The notes: a model not told the origin generated them from the sequence alone. Counted from the first letter of the stretch, positions 1-9,244 are shown. The stretch: DNA of 55,721 nt from an uncultured Candidatus Saccharibacteria bacterium (GCA_964589445.1 CAZPQX010000005.1:1-55721), one strand, 5' to 3'. A program made the numbers and translations.

Positions 1-92
1 CATTTCTTACCAAAAAGAGGTCCGTACCAAATGTACCCGAGCACCATAGCGAGCACACCACACACAAGCACCGCAAAATAATTTATTTCCAT
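1..92 (-). CDS. N-terminal fragment of a small membrane protein (DUF1761-like); continues past the window start
   Basis: Reverse-strand ATG at 92-90 opens MEINYFAVLVCGVLAMVLGYIWYGPLFGKK, a hydrophobic helix plus a WYGPLFG-type motif. The ORF runs off the window edge. Confidence 0.45.
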   Translation of the reverse strand, partial: MEINYFAVLVCGVLAMVLGYIWYGPLFGKK

Positions 93-116
93 ATTTTTAT
101 TTATTAAAATACTAAT

Positions 117-635
117 TTAAACCTTCCTACTATCATACCCCCAATGGAGCAAGGCCTGGCGTTGGATGGGGCGGCATGCGAGGTCGCCTACCCTACAGTT
201 TTTAGCCACCTGTGCCAAATGTCTTTTCATAGCCACCCACCTCTTGATTTGCCTTTCATCATCTTCGCTACGGCGACCGAGGTAATACCTACAATACCAC
301 TCGAACCACCCATGCGGATCTTGAGGGTGTATCCAACCCTTCTTCTGCCAGATAGAAAGTGGCTGACTTGCCCCGACTTTAAAGAAGTTTAGCTCATCAT
401 TTTTTTCACCTGTCTTTGAAAGTTTAACTCCCTTAAACCAATCCTCAGGCAAATCTTTAGGCACAAGACCTTTGACGCCGATGAAATACGCGCCACCAAA
501 GACGCCGATTTTGAGCATTTGCTTGGGGGTGAGATCAGGCTTAAATCTTTTATCAAAATTCTTACCCTCTGGCTCAGTAATAAGATACTTGTAACCTTTC
601 TGAAAATTATCGCTGTATGTAATCTGCTTTTTCAT
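117..635 (-). CDS. Conserved hypothetical protein
   Basis: 172-aa ORF with protein-like composition and the motif GWFEWYCRYYLGRRSEDDERQIKRW. I cannot assign a family. It is tightly packed against the next gene. Confidence 0.6.
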   Translation of the reverse strand: MKKQITYSDNFQKGYKYLITEPEGKNFDKRFKPDLTPKQMLKIGVFGGAYFIGVKGLVPKDLPEDWFKGVKLSKTGEKNDELNFFKVGASQPLSIWQKKGWIHPQDPHGWFEWYCRYYLGRRSEDDERQIKRWVAMKRHLAQVAKNCRVGDLACRPIQRQALLHWGYDSRKV

Positions 636-636
636 T

Positions 637-1083
637 TTAAGGAATATTGACTAGATACCAAACGAGCGATATGAGAGAGCCCCACCAACCCAAAACCGAA
701 AAGACGAAACTCACTGCGATTTTTCTCTGCAAAGATGCGGGCAGTATCTCGCGCGACCTGCCTTCTGACTCTCTCTCGAGGAGGCGCGGACTAACATAGA
801 AACTCAAAAATATACCGTTTACAATAAGTAGCAAAGTCAAAATTGATTGAAACTTTATAAGTACAGTGAAATCAGAATTGCGATAGAAAATACTGCCGCC
901 TATTACCACAAAAAATATTCCTATCCAAATGAGCGGTTTGGTTATCTTGTGAGTGCGTATAGTAGCCTCTGTCCAGTAAGCAGAGTTCATACCAAAAAAG
1001 CCGTGCAAATCAATCACTGTGACAGCGCCTAGGCCTATCACAAACCCAGCGAGCATTATAAAGAGTCCAAAGAAATCCAACAT
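637..1083 (-). CDS. Integral membrane protein, unknown function
   Basis: 148-aa ORF with about 4 hydrophobic helices, 1 nt from the downstream gene. Confidence 0.6.
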   Translation of the reverse strand: MLDFFGLFIMLAGFVIGLGAVTVIDLHGFFGMNSAYWTEATIRTHKITKPLIWIGIFFVVIGGSIFYRNSDFTVLIKFQSILTLLLIVNGIFLSFYVSPRLLERESEGRSREILPASLQRKIAVSFVFSVLGWWGSLISLVWYLVNIP

Positions 1084-1092
1084 AATTATATT

Positions 1093-2799
1093 TTACATCT
1101 TTTTTGGTACTTTGATAGCGAGTAAGTTCAAGCCATTTTTAAGTGTGTGATAGATAGCTCTTGTGATGGCTATTTTGTAAGCAGAGGAAGAGTCGCCTTC
1201 GTCGATTATCTTTTCATTCCCATAAAAGCTATTGAAAGAAGAAGCGAGCTCGGTGAGGTAGGTGACCAAGTGGTGCGGAGCATATTCCTTAGCAGACCTC
1301 TCCACAACTTCCGGGAAACGATATAACAATTTCTCAACTTCCTTTGTTTCCCAATTTTCTGATTGCTTAATTCCGCCCTTTAAAAATACACTTACGAGCG
1401 AAGCAAGAATGCCTGAGGTTTTTTTTGAAGGCTCAGCTTTCTCCAAAACAGATTTTGCCCTCACTGCCGTGTACTGCAGATACGGACCACTGTCCCCTTC
1501 AAACGAAATCGACTTTTCAAAATCAAAAATTATATCTCCCCCTATCGCCTGCCTTAGTATCGAGTATTTTATAGCAGCAATCGCCACCACTTCCGCAATT
1601 TCCTTTTTTTCTTCTCCCGAGTATTCTCTATCCTTTAACCTTTCTTTTACAAGCTCCTCGACATCACTTATTAAATTTTCTCCAGTTATGACATTGCCTT
1701 TTCTGCTAGACATCTTTCCCGTAGATAACTTTAAAATACCATGAGACAGATGTAGAGTTTTGTCTGCAATATCGGGGTTTATCTGCCCGAGCGCTTTGAG
1801 CATCACCTTAAAATAACTATCCTGCTCATTGGCAGTAACTATTATTGATTTGTCCGCTTTATAGGTACTATATTTTCTTATAGCATGAGCCACATCTTTA
1901 GCTTCGTAGAGAGGCAAACCTTCTTTGGTAAGAAAGACTCGTGTGTGCAATTTTTTATCATAATTCTCTCCTCTAAAAATTATTGCTCCTTCGCTCTCTT
2001 CAAACACACCTTTAGCCAAAAATTCCCTCACTATTTTTACAGCATCTTCGGAAACCTCACTTTCAAAAAAGTAGAAATCAAATTTTGTATTAAGCTTTTT
2101 ATACAACTCTTCAAAATGATCTAGGCTTACCTTCCTTCCCCATTCATATATTTTATTGATTTCTTCGTCGCTCTTTTCAAATATTTTTTTATTCAATATT
2201 TTTATTTCCTCCTGGGACCCTTCATCATCTTCATAAGCATTTGCGCCAAGTGCATAAGCCTCTCCCACATAATCAACTTTCTCTCTCAGAGCACCATCTG
2301 TTATGCCACCCCTTTTCTGTATGCCCCATACAGCCTTCGCGATGTGTAGCCCGACGTCGCCCTGGTATGTATTTCTCTTTATTTCTGATCCGGTTGTTTC
2401 TAATATGTTTGATACCGCCTGCCCAATCACATTGCCCATCAAGTGCCCAATATGCAGCGGTTTCAACACATTTGTGTTTGTGTATTCAACGATTATCTTA
2501 CCCCCTTTAAGTAAACTACTATTTCCAAAACTATCACCCTGATTATTTATTTCCTTTATCGAATCAGCAAAAAATTGTTTGGAGAGAAAAATATTTATAA
2601 ATCTTGGGGCGGCAAACTCTACCTTTTCAACTTCAGGTATTTTGTTTGCATTTAGTTTCTCAAAATCGCTCCTCGCTTCCGGACCATTTATGATCAAAGC
2701 AAAATCTCCCTTCTCGATTTCCTTTGGGTGCACCAAGACGACACTCTCCGCCCCTAAAGTTTCCTTCACCCACTTTTCAATTTTTTCCTTTATTTCCAT
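1093..2799 (-). CDS. argS: Arginine--tRNA ligase
   Basis: 568 aa with class I signatures HIGH (PLHIGHLMGNVIG) and KMSKS-like (KMSSRKGN). Overall ArgRS layout. Confidence 0.95.
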   Translation of the reverse strand: MEIKEKIEKWVKETLGAESVVLVHPKEIEKGDFALIINGPEARSDFEKLNANKIPEVEKVEFAAPRFINIFLSKQFFADSIKEINNQGDSFGNSSLLKGGKIIVEYTNTNVLKPLHIGHLMGNVIGQAVSNILETTGSEIKRNTYQGDVGLHIAKAVWGIQKRGGITDGALREKVDYVGEAYALGANAYEDDEGSQEEIKILNKKIFEKSDEEINKIYEWGRKVSLDHFEELYKKLNTKFDFYFFESEVSEDAVKIVREFLAKGVFEESEGAIIFRGENYDKKLHTRVFLTKEGLPLYEAKDVAHAIRKYSTYKADKSIIVTANEQDSYFKVMLKALGQINPDIADKTLHLSHGILKLSTGKMSSRKGNVITGENLISDVEELVKERLKDREYSGEEKKEIAEVVAIAAIKYSILRQAIGGDIIFDFEKSISFEGDSGPYLQYTAVRAKSVLEKAEPSKKTSGILASLVSVFLKGGIKQSENWETKEVEKLLYRFPEVVERSAKEYAPHHLVTYLTELASSFNSFYGNEKIIDEGDSSSAYKIAITRAIYHTLKNGLNLLAIKVPKKM

Positions 2800-2832
2800 T
2801 GCCTTATTTATACCATTAGTTTAAAGGTCTTT

Positions 2833-3378
2833 CTATTCCGAAAGTTTTTTGAAAAGTTTGTAGCTTGTCTCTGCGCCGTTTAGTGCACTATGTGGCTCGG
2901 GCTCTGGCTCGATACCAAAAAGCTCACAAGCGCTCTTGAGGCTCCAGCTTTTCTGATTTTTGAGCCCCCTTTCCCAAGCGATAGAGAGTGAGTCGAGGCG
3001 GTCATGGTTTGCTCTGGTACTCATTGGGTTTTCTATTCCTGCCTTGAAAAAAGCTTGGTTTATAAACCCCCAATCAAAGCTCACATTGTAAGCACAAAAA
3101 ACACAATCTTTTGTTTTCTCTCCATAAATTTTTATTGCATCTCCAAGACTCATAGCATCTTGCCAATCTTCTTCTCTGTATCCGTTGTAATCAATAGCGG
3201 CCTGTACTGCCGTCTCTATATGCTCTGGTTTTACTTTGGTTTCCCACCTGTCCACTACCTCAAAAGTTTCAGGGTCAAAAACCACAAGCCCAATCTCAAG
3301 TATCTCGTGCACCAGAGGCACATCCCCGCTCGTCTCCAAATCGGTCATAGCAATTTTTCTCTTGGGTTTTCCTATCAT
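2833..3378 (-). CDS. DEDDh-type 3'-5' exonuclease (DnaQ/epsilon-like)
   Basis: Exo motifs DLETSG, YNVSFDWGF and HSALNGAETSYKLF. Confidence 0.85.
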   Translation of the reverse strand: MIGKPKRKIAMTDLETSGDVPLVHEILEIGLVVFDPETFEVVDRWETKVKPEHIETAVQAAIDYNGYREEDWQDAMSLGDAIKIYGEKTKDCVFCAYNVSFDWGFINQAFFKAGIENPMSTRANHDRLDSLSIAWERGLKNQKSWSLKSACELFGIEPEPEPHSALNGAETSYKLFKKLSE

Positions 3379-3392
3379 TTTAAAATTTTATA

Positions 3393-3815
3393 CTATTTTC
3401 CTGTACTACCAAACCCACCCTCTCCTCTCTCCGTTTCTGAAAGCTCCTCTACTTCTATGATTTCTGGGTGCTCAACTTTTTGTATAAGCATCTGTGCGAC
3501 TTTGTGACCTTTTTCTATTTTATATTCTTTACCAGATAAATTTATCATCCCGACTTTGACCTCACCCCTATAGCCAGCATCCACCACCCCGCCCAAAGTT
3601 TTTAAACCATGCATAATCGCAAGGCCACTTTTGTCCCAAACTAACCCCACATATCCATGAGGAATTTCCAAAGCGACTCCAGTCGACACAGCCACAAACT
3701 CTCTAGGGTTTAGGACTACTTCTTCCAAAGCAAACAAATCGAGTCCAGCGTCACCTGCTGTGGCGTATTTTGGAATTTTTGCTTCTTTATTTATTTTTTT
3801 AATTTTTAGTTCCAC
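3393..3815 (-). CDS. dut: dUTP diphosphatase
   Basis: 140 aa with dUTPase motifs AGDAGLDL, GVVDAGYRGE and RGEGGFGSTG. Confidence 0.95.
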   Translation of the reverse strand: MELKIKKINKEAKIPKYATAGDAGLDLFALEEVVLNPREFVAVSTGVALEIPHGYVGLVWDKSGLAIMHGLKTLGGVVDAGYRGEVKVGMINLSGKEYKIEKGHKVAQMLIQKVEHPEIIEVEELSETERGEGGFGSTGK

Positions 3816-5013
3816 TTTTTGCTCCCTTTCTTAAAACTAAATCTATCTTCCTTGCGATATTTATAAAATCCTTCTCTTTTTTGCCTCTTGTAGTTTCAGC
3901 TGCGCTCCCGAGCCTGATACCCGATGGGTCCATCGGGCTCCTTGTCTCATTTGGTATTGTGTTTTTGTTTACTATTATCCCAACCTTTTCGAGCTTGTCA
4001 CTCGCATCCTTTCCTGTGACTCCTTGTGACATTGTATCGACTAACACCAAGTGACTATCAGTGCCTCCCGAGATAATCCTCCACCCGAGTTTTGAAAGTT
4101 CACTTGCGAGCACGTTGGCATTTTTAACCACCTGCTTTGCATATTTTTGGAAAGCCGGCGTATTTGCCTCCTTGAGCGCCACAGCCACAGCAGCTATTTG
4201 GTTGAGGTGTGGGCCGCCCTGAAGACCTGGGAATACGGCTTTGTCTATCAGCTCAGAAATATTTTTGTCTTCCCCTTTTGCATTTTTGATAGTCACATCG
4301 TTTCTCGAGAAAATCATGGCAGAGCGTGGGCCGCGGAGGGTCTTGTGGACAGTAGTAGTCACGATATGTGCACAAGGAAATGGAGATGGGTATGCCTTCC
4401 CCGCCACTAGCCCCGCGAAGTGCGACATATCTACCATGAGGAGCGCCCCTACACTATCAGCTATCTCTCTAAACTTTTTAAAATCCACAATACGAGGATA
4501 TGCAGTGAAGCCGGCGACGATGAGGTTTGGCTTTTCCTTTTCCGCAATTTGTTTTATTTCTTCATAGTTTATCTGCTCTGTATCTTTATCAACTCCATAC
4601 GCTACCTGTTCCCAAAACTTTCCTGTAGCTGAGACTTTGTGACCGTGAGTGAGGTGCCCGCCGTGATCGAGTGACATACCCATTATCTTACTATCCTTCG
4701 GCACCAAGCCCAGATACACAGCCAAGTTAGCTGGGCTCCCCGAAAGTGGCTGCACATTGACGCTCCATTTGGAAGTGAGGCCAAAAAGCTTGAGTGCTCT
4801 CTCTTTAGCCAAGTCTTCTATTTTATCTACAAAAGTTTGCCCGCCATAATACCTTTTGCCAGGGTAACCTTCTGCGTACTTGTTGGTAAGCTCACTACCT
4901 AAAGCCTCAAGCACGTCTTTAGAAACATAGTTTTCAGAAGCAATCAGATTTATAACGCTTTTTTGTCTCTTCTTCTCCGCATCAATTAGTTTTTTTATTT
5001 GTGTGTCTTTCAT
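3799..5013 (-). CDS. glyA: Serine hydroxymethyltransferase
   Basis: 404 aa with SENYVS, GYPGKRYYGG and TTTVHKTLRGPR (PLP lysine region). Overlaps dut by 17 nt. Confidence 0.97.
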   Translation of the reverse strand: MKDTQIKKLIDAEKKRQKSVINLIASENYVSKDVLEALGSELTNKYAEGYPGKRYYGGQTFVDKIEDLAKERALKLFGLTSKWSVNVQPLSGSPANLAVYLGLVPKDSKIMGMSLDHGGHLTHGHKVSATGKFWEQVAYGVDKDTEQINYEEIKQIAEKEKPNLIVAGFTAYPRIVDFKKFREIADSVGALLMVDMSHFAGLVAGKAYPSPFPCAHIVTTTVHKTLRGPRSAMIFSRNDVTIKNAKGEDKNISELIDKAVFPGLQGGPHLNQIAAVAVALKEANTPAFQKYAKQVVKNANVLASELSKLGWRIISGGTDSHLVLVDTMSQGVTGKDASDKLEKVGIIVNKNTIPNETRSPMDPSGIRLGSAAETTRGKKEKDFINIARKIDLVLRKGAKSGTKN

Positions 5014-5060
5014 TATTTAGCAGTATATATCTTTTTTCAAAAAAAAGAACCGCCACACCA

Positions 5061-6581
5061 TCATGGTGCGGCGGATTTTTCTTGTGAATTCTTTGCCCTC
5101 TCAGACTTCATCATCGATTCTTTGCGAGCGAGTTCCCTACCCAAATAAAGAGCATGGGATATGTCCGAGAGTGCGAAATCTCGAGAAAGTTGAAGCTCAA
5201 CTTCTTCAGACGTTGCACCCCTATATTCTCCGATCTTCACCCCATTAAAGGAGTGTTCCACCACCAGTTCCCAGCTGGACCTGTCGAACGTAACCGTAAA
5301 AGCTCCGTTCTCGTCCATCCGAGGACCAAACTTACCCGTAACCCGATCGAAGACCTGGTCAGTCTTTTTCCCCTCCGCAATTCTTTTTGCGTTCTCAAGA
5401 GCAGAGGGGTCGATGCTTATCGAGTGACTGATAACAGTAATAGGACCCGGAACAAGGCCAGATCTTTCTGCCACAAATCTCTGAAGAGCAATCAATCCGT
5501 AGACGTTTTCTGGCCACGCATCCATAGCATTGTGAGTTCTAAACGTGGCAGTCAGATTCAAATGACCGTCGAAATCACGAAAGAAAGCAGAGACAAAACA
5601 CGGACACTTGGTACCTTCGGGCAAATCTCTTCGATTATCCCAAAGGGATATATAGCAGTGGCGGGAATTAGGGGTAATCTTTAACCTTTCTGCAACAACC
5701 CCCGGTGAGTCTACGATTGCGCCATGAGATTCAAAGTACCCTCTCAGACGATTGCCGTAAGTGTAGTCGATATCCTCAGGTTTCAGAGGCTCTAGGAATC
5801 TTTCCTGATAGTCTTTGAATTTTGCCAAACTGAATCCATACCCCTTAAGAACTTCGTCTAGCTCTTCCATCGGGCTCTGGATAACCACGTGCGTATTGAG
5901 AAGCTCGATTCGAGTTTCTGGACCAGTTTTTTTCGATACCTGAGTCCTGTAACCGAATCTATAGAGACGGAAGATTAATTCGCTCCAAGCTTCCATTGGC
6001 GTAGACCGTACAATTGTGTGAGACCGAGGTTCAGAAGGGAACCTCGTCACGGCCGGCTCTGGGATTGGTGGAGGTTCCACCCTTTTATACTCTTCTGTGA
6101 CGCGATCTGGCAGAGCTGCAAAGAATGCCGAGATCGACTCCTTTGTTTTTGGATCTCCCACATCTCCCAACAAGGTAAATTGAGGCGAAGAAGAAAATTG
6201 ACGAGGCCAAATCCCTCCATCAATATTCCTGCTCGTACCCAAGATCCTGAAAGAGCGGGCTCCCAAGAAATCAACCTCTTCCAATCCCTGAGAAAAGAAG
6301 TTTGTAAGCCACTCCCTAGACCCAGAAAGATTTTTCCCCACAACCAAAATGTGACGTATCTGAGGGTTCCACAAGAGGTTGCGTAGCATTTGCTGCAATC
6401 CATTGCCATACAAATTTGCCACCACTGCGACTCGGGAACCCTGTTGAGACATATCTACACCCGCTTCTCCTAAAACTTTGAGAGCAGACTCCACTTTTGA
6501 CCAGAGAGTAACTACTCCTACATCCCCTTCGGGATTTACGAGAGTCAGGCGCTCTCCAAAATACCGAGCTTCGAATTTCAT
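5061..6581 (-). CDS. Thymidylate synthase-family protein with an extra N-terminal (MtrA-like) domain and C-terminal (DUF4346-like) domain
   Basis: The central region aligns by eye to ThyA: YGNRLRGYF, PNSRHCYISLWD, CPCFVSAFF (catalytic Cys position) and FRTHNAMDAWPEN (versus QRSCDVFLGLPFN). The N-terminal 190 aa (VAVVANLYGNGLQQMLRNLLWNPQIRHILVVGKNLSG) and the C-terminal 100 aa (HALYLGRELARKE) are additional domains. The gene is GC-rich relative to its flanks. Confidence 0.75.
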   Translation of the reverse strand: MKFEARYFGERLTLVNPEGDVGVVTLWSKVESALKVLGEAGVDMSQQGSRVAVVANLYGNGLQQMLRNLLWNPQIRHILVVGKNLSGSREWLTNFFSQGLEEVDFLGARSFRILGTSRNIDGGIWPRQFSSSPQFTLLGDVGDPKTKESISAFFAALPDRVTEEYKRVEPPPIPEPAVTRFPSEPRSHTIVRSTPMEAWSELIFRLYRFGYRTQVSKKTGPETRIELLNTHVVIQSPMEELDEVLKGYGFSLAKFKDYQERFLEPLKPEDIDYTYGNRLRGYFESHGAIVDSPGVVAERLKITPNSRHCYISLWDNRRDLPEGTKCPCFVSAFFRDFDGHLNLTATFRTHNAMDAWPENVYGLIALQRFVAERSGLVPGPITVISHSISIDPSALENAKRIAEGKKTDQVFDRVTGKFGPRMDENGAFTVTFDRSSWELVVEHSFNGVKIGEYRGATSEEVELQLSRDFALSDISHALYLGRELARKESMMKSERAKNSQEKSAAP

Positions 6582-6644
6582 TTCAATGTTCTCCTGCCAA
6601 GTTTTATACCACTTTGAGCGACGTATAACAATGCGCCCCTGAGC

Positions 6645-7268
6645 CTAAGACTCAGGGGGCAAAAGTGCCGGAGCAACGAAACGGTATGCGGTTCGATCAC
6701 CGACTGAAAGAGCAAGGGAGAACACTTCTTCGATTCTCTCCCGCGAGAAGTCCATCTTGCACACCCTCACCCCTGCTTGGCCAAGCCAATTGTTGGAGAG
6801 AGAATACTCATCGTGGGTCAAAAGCTTATTCTGTAAATATTCCTTCCAAACCACAATCTTTGAGACCTTGTTGGGAATAATTGAATCTCGCACACACCCA
6901 GGACAAGGGAAATTTGTGACGTAAAGAACAGCTCCTACTGCAGAGATTCCATGCAACGAACACTGGTTCAGCGCATTCTTCTCAGCGTGGATAGCAGTAC
7001 AAAAAGATTTCCTCTCCTCTTTGAGGATTGCGAATGTGCCTACACCCTTTTCAGCGTCATCATGGGCTAGGCGCTGATAGAAGCATTCTCCTTTTTCAAG
7101 ACAAGTCGTAACCTCAGGAGGGGCCCCATTATACCCAGAAGCAATGATACGCCTATCTTTCACGAGCACGGCCCCAACACGGCGAATTAAACAGGAAGAT
7201 CTTACCCCAGCAAGAATCGCATGGAGCATAAACATTTCATCCCAAGAAGGACGTCTAATATGCATCAA
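6645..7268 (-). CDS. dCMP deaminase-type zinc deaminase
   Basis: Zn-binding motifs HAEKNAL and PCPGC at the spacing typical of dCMP/CMP deaminases. Confidence 0.85.
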   Translation of the reverse strand: MMHIRRPSWDEMFMLHAILAGVRSSCLIRRVGAVLVKDRRIIASGYNGAPPEVTTCLEKGECFYQRLAHDDAEKGVGTFAILKEERKSFCTAIHAEKNALNQCSLHGISAVGAVLYVTNFPCPGCVRDSIIPNKVSKIVVWKEYLQNKLLTHDEYSLSNNWLGQAGVRVCKMDFSRERIEEVFSLALSVGDRTAYRFVAPALLPPES

Positions 7269-7355
7269 GTGTTCCTTTCTTGCCCAAGGGTAGCATTTTT
7301 TATTTATAAAAGAAAAGCGGGGACCCGAAAAGTTGGATCCCCGCTGTTTTTGTGA

Positions 7356-7994
7356 CTACTCCTTGATGTGTACTGGGTTGGTCTGGTTGCGCGCCTCCTG
7401 GACTCCTGGGAAAATTTCGTTGAACATCCGAAACAACGCCTTGTAGTTCTGAGGGTTCCGGTATTCTTTTTTCTGATATTCACCTGAGAGTTCGTCAATT
7501 TCTTCCACAGCACCAAACCCTCCCGGCCATGGATAAGCGTAATACGGATATTCGGTAGGGACGCCGGAGACGTGAACAATATTGACAGGACTCCCCAGCT
7601 TCCTTGCTGCCCAAACCCGGTGCATACCGTCGTTAATGAGATCTATCGGGCCTGTGGCCTCCTGCGACAATTCCACCACCGGCGGCAAGAATGGTATAGG
7701 TGCATCTTTCTCAGGATCAGAACCCTCAGGCCAAAACATGAGAGCCCCCCTGAGATTGAATACATCGATACCAAATTCCTCACGAAAAACCTTCTCGATT
7801 TCCAAGATTTTATTCACACCAGGCTTCAACACGTATCGTTGAGGGGGTGTGAGAACATCCGTATCTACGATATGGCGAAACTGTAATTGGGCGTCCTGGT
7901 AAACCTTGTAGTTACCAAACCCCCTCAGTCTCACCTGTCTCAGTTTGGCCAGAAATTCATCTTCTGGCATTAATTCATAGCGTAAAATTTTCAT
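7356..7994 (-). CDS. ParB/sulfiredoxin-fold domain protein (function unknown)
   Basis: 212 aa. PPVVEL...LINDGMHRVWAARKLG matches the ParB N-terminal/Srx signature (DGxHR). No HTH or partition partner is evident. Confidence 0.6.
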   Translation of the reverse strand: MKILRYELMPEDEFLAKLRQVRLRGFGNYKVYQDAQLQFRHIVDTDVLTPPQRYVLKPGVNKILEIEKVFREEFGIDVFNLRGALMFWPEGSDPEKDAPIPFLPPVVELSQEATGPIDLINDGMHRVWAARKLGSPVNIVHVSGVPTEYPYYAYPWPGGFGAVEEIDELSGEYQKKEYRNPQNYKALFRMFNEIFPGVQEARNQTNPVHIKE

Positions 7995-8090
7995 AATCTT
8001 GACCTCGTCTTTCTAAAGATTACAGATTTGAAATAAAAAAGCAAAGGGGCTGCCATTCTGGCGCCCCTTTTAGTTGAAAGATCTGGCGAT

Positions 8091-8639
8091 TCATATCTCG
8101 TACCGGATATGGTTATACAACTCCCACCACGAAGAGACTCTCACCACCCCGCTCGGTACGCTTTCACTTTCGTTAAACGGCCAAGAAAAGAGGCACAGAT
8201 GCGGCACCTTGCCGATGAGTGGGATTATCTTATCCACATCATCATCAACAAACACATCAAGACCGAGACAAGCGGCTTCTTTGGAAACTCCATACCCCAC
8301 ACCTTCGATCGAGAGGGGTAAACCGTACAACTCGAGAAGTTGAGCAGCTCTATCGAGATGCACGCCAGTCCGAGCCGTAACAACTTTCAGGGTACATCCA
8401 TTAGAAATGAGTGCCTGGATGTGGTGAACTGCACCATCAACGGGCTTAAACTGGTAGCTGCCGCTGTAAAGTTCATCCTTTACTGCTTCATACTGTGCCT
8501 CGCTTAGCCCACTCTCATTAAGACTAGCTCGAGAGCAAAACCTGAGATCGGGCCTTACACCGAATAGGCGCTCCGAAATCACAGGCTTCCATATTGGAGA
8601 GTCTACAATAACCCCATCAAAGTCTAGACCGATTTTCAT
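8091..8639 (-). CDS. HAD-superfamily hydrolase, 5'(3')-deoxyribonucleotidase-like
   Basis: HAD motif I (DFDGVIVDS), motif III/IV region (VFVDDDVDK), and a C-terminal RVSSWWE resembling NT5C-type nucleotidases. Confidence 0.65.
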   Translation of the reverse strand: MKIGLDFDGVIVDSPIWKPVISERLFGVRPDLRFCSRASLNESGLSEAQYEAVKDELYSGSYQFKPVDGAVHHIQALISNGCTLKVVTARTGVHLDRAAQLLELYGLPLSIEGVGYGVSKEAACLGLDVFVDDDVDKIIPLIGKVPHLCLFSWPFNESESVPSGVVRVSSWWELYNHIRYEI

Positions 8640-8686
8640 CTAAAAACTCCTTCCTCCAAACAAAGCATACATTTTTTAAACAAAAC

Positions 8687-8713
8687 AAAAAGACTTGCTT
8701 TACAAGTCTTTTT
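8687..8713. terminator. Bidirectional hairpin terminator after rplK
   Basis: AGACTTG-CTTTA-CAAGTCT stem-loop flanked by A-run and T-run. Confidence 0.6.
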
Positions 8714-8827
8714 GTTTTTTGATTTATATTTTATTTTATCCCTTCACCTCCACCCAGGCATAATTTTTTGCTAAAAATTTGCCCGGGCCTACCTCGGCTC
8801 AGACAGCCTCCGGTTCGTTGAAGTTGC

Positions 8828-9244
8828 CTATTTCACTTCAACGCCCATAGACCTGCACTGCCCAGCGATTATCTTGACTGCGGCGTCGAGGTCGTTTGCA
8901 TTGAGGTCTACCATCTTCACATTTGCTATTTCTTCGAGTTGCTTCCTTGTGATAGTACCCACCTTGCTAGGAGCCTTGCCTGAACCTTTCTCCACACCTA
9001 TTGCCTTGAGTATAAGACTTGAAGCAGGAGGAGTCTTGAGAACGAAGTCGAAGGTCCTGTCTTCGTAGACATTGATTTCAGCAGGTACTGGACCTGACAT
9101 TTCTTTGGTAGCATCGTTGAATTGCTTTACGAATTCACCAATGTTGATACCAGCAGGACCTAGGGCAGTACCAACAGGAGGCGCAGGAGTTGCCTTGCCG
9201 GCTGTGATAACGAGCTTTATTTTTTTGGTTATTTTCTTTGCCAT
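8828..9244 (-). CDS. rplK: 50S ribosomal protein L11
   Basis: [44 protein letters not shown] is a classic L11 N-terminus. Confidence 0.97.
   Translation of the reverse strand: MAKKITKKIKLVITAGKATPAPPVGTALGPAGINIGEFVKQFNDATKEMSGPVPAEINVYEDRTFDFVLKTPPASSLILKAIGVEKGSGKAPSKVGTITRKQLEEIANVKMVDLNANDLDAAVKIIAGQCRSMGVEVK

Noticed and set aside
5014-8690. GC-rich cassettes with 3' hairpins as integron gene cassettes
   Set aside because: There is no intI-type tyrosine integrase and no attC-like R''/R' (GTTRRRY...RYYYAAC) structure in the hairpins. The cassettes are dispersed across the window (5-8.6 kb, 46.6 kb, 54.3 kb) rather than arrayed.
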